Positions 60,864-64,000 of a DNA stretch of 64,000 bases are shown one piece after another. Position 1 is the stretch's first letter; every line of letters starts with the position of its first letter. A program made the position numbers and the translations under genes. The stretch comes from Candidatus Binatota bacterium. GTDB taxonomy: Bacteria; Desulfobacterota; Binatia; UBA1149; CAITLU01. The stretch spans positions 1,580 through 65,579 of the forward strand of contig JAJRWY010000171.1 in NCBI GenBank assembly GCA_024276575.1, given 5' to 3'. Under the pieces are notes generated by a model. That model had not been told where the DNA came from. It searched no databases and saw nothing but the letters and a program-made list of their open reading frames with translations.

Positions 60864-61557
60864 TTGATCTCTCCTCGCTGTGCAACTCGACCACGCTCTC
60901 TATATCGGCGCGGCTCACGGAACCGACCCGGCGCAGATAGGCGCGCCCGTCCAAAAACTCAACCACGGAAGAAGGCGCAGACGCCCCCCGTGCACCACCG
61001 TCGAGGTAAACTGCGACTTTATCTCCGAAATAATCCCGCGCTTGTTCGACGCAAAGGGCCGCTTCGGCGCCGCTGGGATTGGCCGATGTAGAGGTAAGGG
61101 GGCGCCCGAAAAGGGCAAGCAGGACGCGCGCGTCATCATCGGAAGAACAGCGCAAACCGATCCCGCCGCCAGCGCCCCGCAAGGATTCCGGCACTGAAGG
61201 GGCGGCAGGCAACACCAAGGTAAGCGGCCCGGGCCAGAAACGCTCAGCCAGCGCTGCGCCCTCCGGCAAAGGGCTCCGGGCAAGCAAAGGGGTCGCCATC
61301 TCGAGTCCGCTTACCAGCACGGCCATGCCTTTGGACGCGTCGCGGCCTTTGAGCTCGACCAGCCGCGACAACGCGCCCGCATCGCCCGCGTCCACACCCA
61401 GCCCGTAAACGGTTTCAGTCGGGTAGACTACGATCTCGCCGCACGACAGTGCGGCCGCCGCGGCTAGCAGTTGCTCTTGACGGTTCACCGGGTCCGGAAA
61501 GTTTCCGCGAGGGGTTTTGCTGCGAATGCCTTCGTTAGGGGAATCTTCGCCACGCAT
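60856..61557 (-). CDS. tsaC: L-threonylcarbamoyladenylate synthase (TsaC/YrdC/Sua5 family)
   Basis: ..IVVYPTETVYGLGVDA.. YrdC signature. Confidence 0.8.
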   Translation of the reverse strand: MRGEDSPNEGIRSKTPRGNFPDPVNRQEQLLAAAAALSCGEIVVYPTETVYGLGVDAGDAGALSRLVELKGRDASKGMAVLVSGLEMATPLLARSPLPEGAALAERFWPGPLTLVLPAAPSVPESLRGAGGGIGLRCSSDDDARVLLALFGRPLTSTSANPSGAEAALCVEQARDYFGDKVAVYLDGGARGASAPSSVVEFLDGRAYLRRVGSVSRADIESVVELHSEERSIG

Positions 61558-61607
61558 CCGGCTCGAAACCGCTGCCCGCTCAGCGCCACGACCGAAGCGG
61601 CGCGGTA

Positions 61608-62120
61608 TTACGCATCTCCCGCAACCTGTTTGACGGTACCCGGAACTTCGCGCGCCATCTTGGCCTTGCGGCGGTCGAGCTTGGCTGCCAACACGCGATC
61701 GGAAAGAGCAAGGATTTGTACAGCCAGTAGCGCCGCGTTCTTGGCTCCCGCCGAACCGATTGCCAAACTCGCTACCGGTACTCCGGAAGGCATTTGCACG
61801 GTTGCCAGCAAGGCGTCCATTCCCGCCAAGGTTCCCGACTCCAGGGGTACTCCGAGCACCGGAAGGTTGGTGTTGGCCGCCATCGCGCCAGCCAAATGCG
61901 CCGCCATCCCCGCACCCGCAATAAGCACCTTGAGGCCGCGCTTTTTCGCACTCGACGCGTACTCGGCGGCAAGTCCCGGCGAACGATGCGCGGAGATCAC
62001 GCTTACTTCGTGGGCAATGCCTAGTTCTTCGAGCAAGGCCGAAGCTCCGGACATCACTTCGAGATCACTGGAACTGCCCATCAATATTCCGACCAAGGGC
62101 TTGACCTTTTTCGCCGACAT
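61608..62120 (-). CDS. purE: N5-carboxyaminoimidazole ribonucleotide mutase
   Basis: ..[11 protein letters not shown].., ..AHRSP.., ..[12 protein letters not shown].. PurE motifs. Confidence 0.9.
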   Translation of the reverse strand: MSAKKVKPLVGILMGSSSDLEVMSGASALLEELGIAHEVSVISAHRSPGLAAEYASSAKKRGLKVLIAGAGMAAHLAGAMAANTNLPVLGVPLESGTLAGMDALLATVQMPSGVPVASLAIGSAGAKNAALLAVQILALSDRVLAAKLDRRKAKMAREVPGTVKQVAGDA

Positions 62121-62183
62121 AAATTGCTACTCTCCTTGCTTCCCGGATTCGCGGATTCCTTGCTTCCCGGATTCCGAAAACTC

Positions 62184-63473
62184 TCAAGCCCCCGCGGCTA
62201 TCCTGCCTACCGCTCGATGAGCGATGTCACGCCGGTAGTGAACACCATCCCAGCGAATCTTGGAAACAGCCTCATAGGCCCGGTCTACAGCCTTCGAAAC
62301 GTCCGGCCCGGATGCGGAAACGCCCAGCACCCTGCCTCCGGTTGATATCCAGCGTCCCTGCTCATCGCGCGCGGTGCCGGCATGAAACACCTCCACCGCG
62401 GGCTGTGACGCGGCAGCCTCGAGACCGGAAATCACGTCGCCCTTGCGATAAGAGCCGGGATAGCCGGCCGAGGCCATTACCACACAGACCGCCGCGCCGG
62501 GTTTCCAACGCACTTCGCTCGAAGCCAGAGTGCCGTCGATACAGGCCTCCATGAGATCGACCAGGCTGCTTTCCAGACGCATCATCAGCGGCTGGCACTC
62601 CGGGTCGCCGAAACGCACGTTGTACTCCAGCACCTGCGGACGCCCGTCCTTGATCATGAGCCCCGCATACAGCACGCCCCGGTAATCGATGCCACGGGCC
62701 GCCAGCGTCGCCACCGTCGGCTCGATCACGGTCTCGAGTATTTCTTGGTGCAAGGCTTCGTCTATGACCGGGGCAGGTGAGTAGGCGCCCATGCCGCCGG
62801 TGTTGGGCCCGCTATCGCCGTCAAAAGCGGCCTTGTGGTCCTGTGAAGAAGCCAGGCCCAGCACACTGCTGCCATCGCTGAGAGCCATGAACGAAGCTTC
62901 CTCGCCCTCGAGGAACTCCTCGACGACAATTCGTGCACCGGCCTGCCCGAAACGCCCGCCTTCGAGCATCGAATCCACTGCTTCATCGGCTTCGGCGGCA
63001 TTGGCGCATATTACCACGCCCTTGCCCGCAGCTAGGCCGTCGGCCTTTACCACGCATGGAAAACCGAGTTCGCGCGCGAAGGCCCGGGCCTCGGGGGCCG
63101 ACGAGAACTCAGCGTAGGCCGCCGTCGGCACGCCGGCTTCGATCAGCACACCTTTGGTAAAAGCCTTCGAGGCTTCGAGCTGCGCGCCGGCTTTGCCGGG
63201 GCCGAAGATCCGCAAGCCGCGGGACTTGAAAAGATCCACTATGCCGGCGGCAAGCGGGGCCTCGGGTCCCACTACGGTTAAATCTATCGATTGTGAGGAC
63301 GCGAAAGCGGCAAGCGCGTCGAGATCATCGGCCGCCAAGCCGGTCGAACGCGCAACTTGGGCCAAGCCGTCCGAGCCGGGGGCGGCGTAGATCGCTTCCA
63401 CCTTGGGGTCTTGCGCGATCTTCCAGGCCAGCGCGTGTTCGCGCCCGCCGCTGCCTACTATCAACACTTTCAT
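62184..63473 (-). CDS. purD: phosphoribosylamine--glycine ligase
   Basis: 429 aa, ATP-grasp; [18 protein letters not shown].. N-terminus typical of PurD. Confidence 0.9.
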   Translation of the reverse strand: MKVLIVGSGGREHALAWKIAQDPKVEAIYAAPGSDGLAQVARSTGLAADDLDALAAFASSQSIDLTVVGPEAPLAAGIVDLFKSRGLRIFGPGKAGAQLEASKAFTKGVLIEAGVPTAAYAEFSSAPEARAFARELGFPCVVKADGLAAGKGVVICANAAEADEAVDSMLEGGRFGQAGARIVVEEFLEGEEASFMALSDGSSVLGLASSQDHKAAFDGDSGPNTGGMGAYSPAPVIDEALHQEILETVIEPTVATLAARGIDYRGVLYAGLMIKDGRPQVLEYNVRFGDPECQPLMMRLESSLVDLMEACIDGTLASSEVRWKPGAAVCVVMASAGYPGSYRKGDVISGLEAAASQPAVEVFHAGTARDEQGRWISTGGRVLGVSASGPDVSKAVDRAYEAVSKIRWDGVHYRRDIAHRAVGRIAAGA

Positions 63474-63481
63474 CGCAAATC

Positions 63482-64000
63482 TCAGTGGCGGAAATGCCGC
63501 ACCCCGGTCAAGACCATCGCCATACCGTGTTCATCGGCCGCCGCGACGATCTCCTTGTCCTTGATACTGCCGCCGGGCTGTATCACCGCGGTGGCACCGG
63601 CCGCGGCACAAACATCGAGACCGTCGCGGAAGGGAAAGAAAGCATCCGAGGCCACCACCGAGCCGCGGGTATCGAGGCCGTGGGTCTCGGCGCGCATCAC
63701 CGCTATGCGCGCCGAGTCGACCCTACTCATCTGCCCGGCGCCGACACCGACCAGACTGTCTGGCCGCGCCAGCACGATCGCGTTGGACTTCACATGCTTG
63801 CAAACCTTCCAGGCGAAATCCAAAGCCTCGAGTTCCTCCGCACCCGGCTTGCGCGCGGTCGGCGCTTCGCAATCCGCCGCGCGCGAAGGCTGTAGATCGC
63901 GGTTTTGCAGCAACAAGCCGCCGAGCACTCGCTTCATATCGTAAGCGTCCTCACCTCCGGACTCGCCGGGGTCCACTTCGAGCAAACGAATATTGCGCGA
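63482..64000 (-). CDS. purH: bifunctional AICAR transformylase/IMP cyclohydrolase, C-terminal portion (runs off the window)
   Basis: ..[11 protein letters not shown].., ..[10 protein letters not shown].. PurH C-terminal motifs; ORF open at the window edge. Confidence 0.85.
   Translation of the reverse strand, partial: SRNIRLLEVDPGESGGEDAYDMKRVLGGLLLQNRDLQPSRAADCEAPTARKPGAEELEALDFAWKVCKHVKSNAIVLARPDSLVGVGAGQMSRVDSARIAVMRAETHGLDTRGSVVASDAFFPFRDGLDVCAAAGATAVIQPGGSIKDKEIVAAADEHGMAMVLTGVRHFRH

Overview
High-GC (~65%) chromosomal segment from a Gram-negative bacterium. Coding is dense and consists mostly of housekeeping and energy-metabolism genes. About 24 kb (16.8-40.7 kb, minus strand) is taken up by two tandem but incomplete complex I (nuo) operons: nuoA-B-C-D-H-I-J-K-L-M-N (no E/F/G) and nuoA-C-D-E-H-J-K-L-M-N (no B/F/G/I). 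A FecBCD/BtuFCD-type ABC importer sits between them on the same strand. The rest of the window carries three crotonase-family genes, aroG-type DAHP synthase, HU, cysH with ykgJ and an esterase, a LOG protein, an AmgK/MurU peptidoglycan-recycling pair, patatin, an SCP2 protein, a KKKA-repeat histone H1-like protein, eno, a class II ribonucleotide reductase (nrdJ), a DciA-like DUF721 protein, thiI, rlmD, a DUF1015 protein, tsaC and purE/purD/purH. No rRNA, tRNA, CRISPR array or transposase is visible. The observations most worth a second look are: (1) the two complementary, partial nuo operons; (2) two genes interrupted by single in-frame TAG codons (nuoN of the first operon and a SAM-dependent methyltransferase), although TAG is also a frequent ordinary stop here; (3) two families of short intergenic repeats sharing an ATTCATG-containing core (MITE/REP-like); (4) two identical ~55-bp perfect palindromes, about 1.2 kb apart, bracketing a small ORF and a TPR gene. 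All product calls are from reading the translations against known family motifs; nothing was searched against a database.
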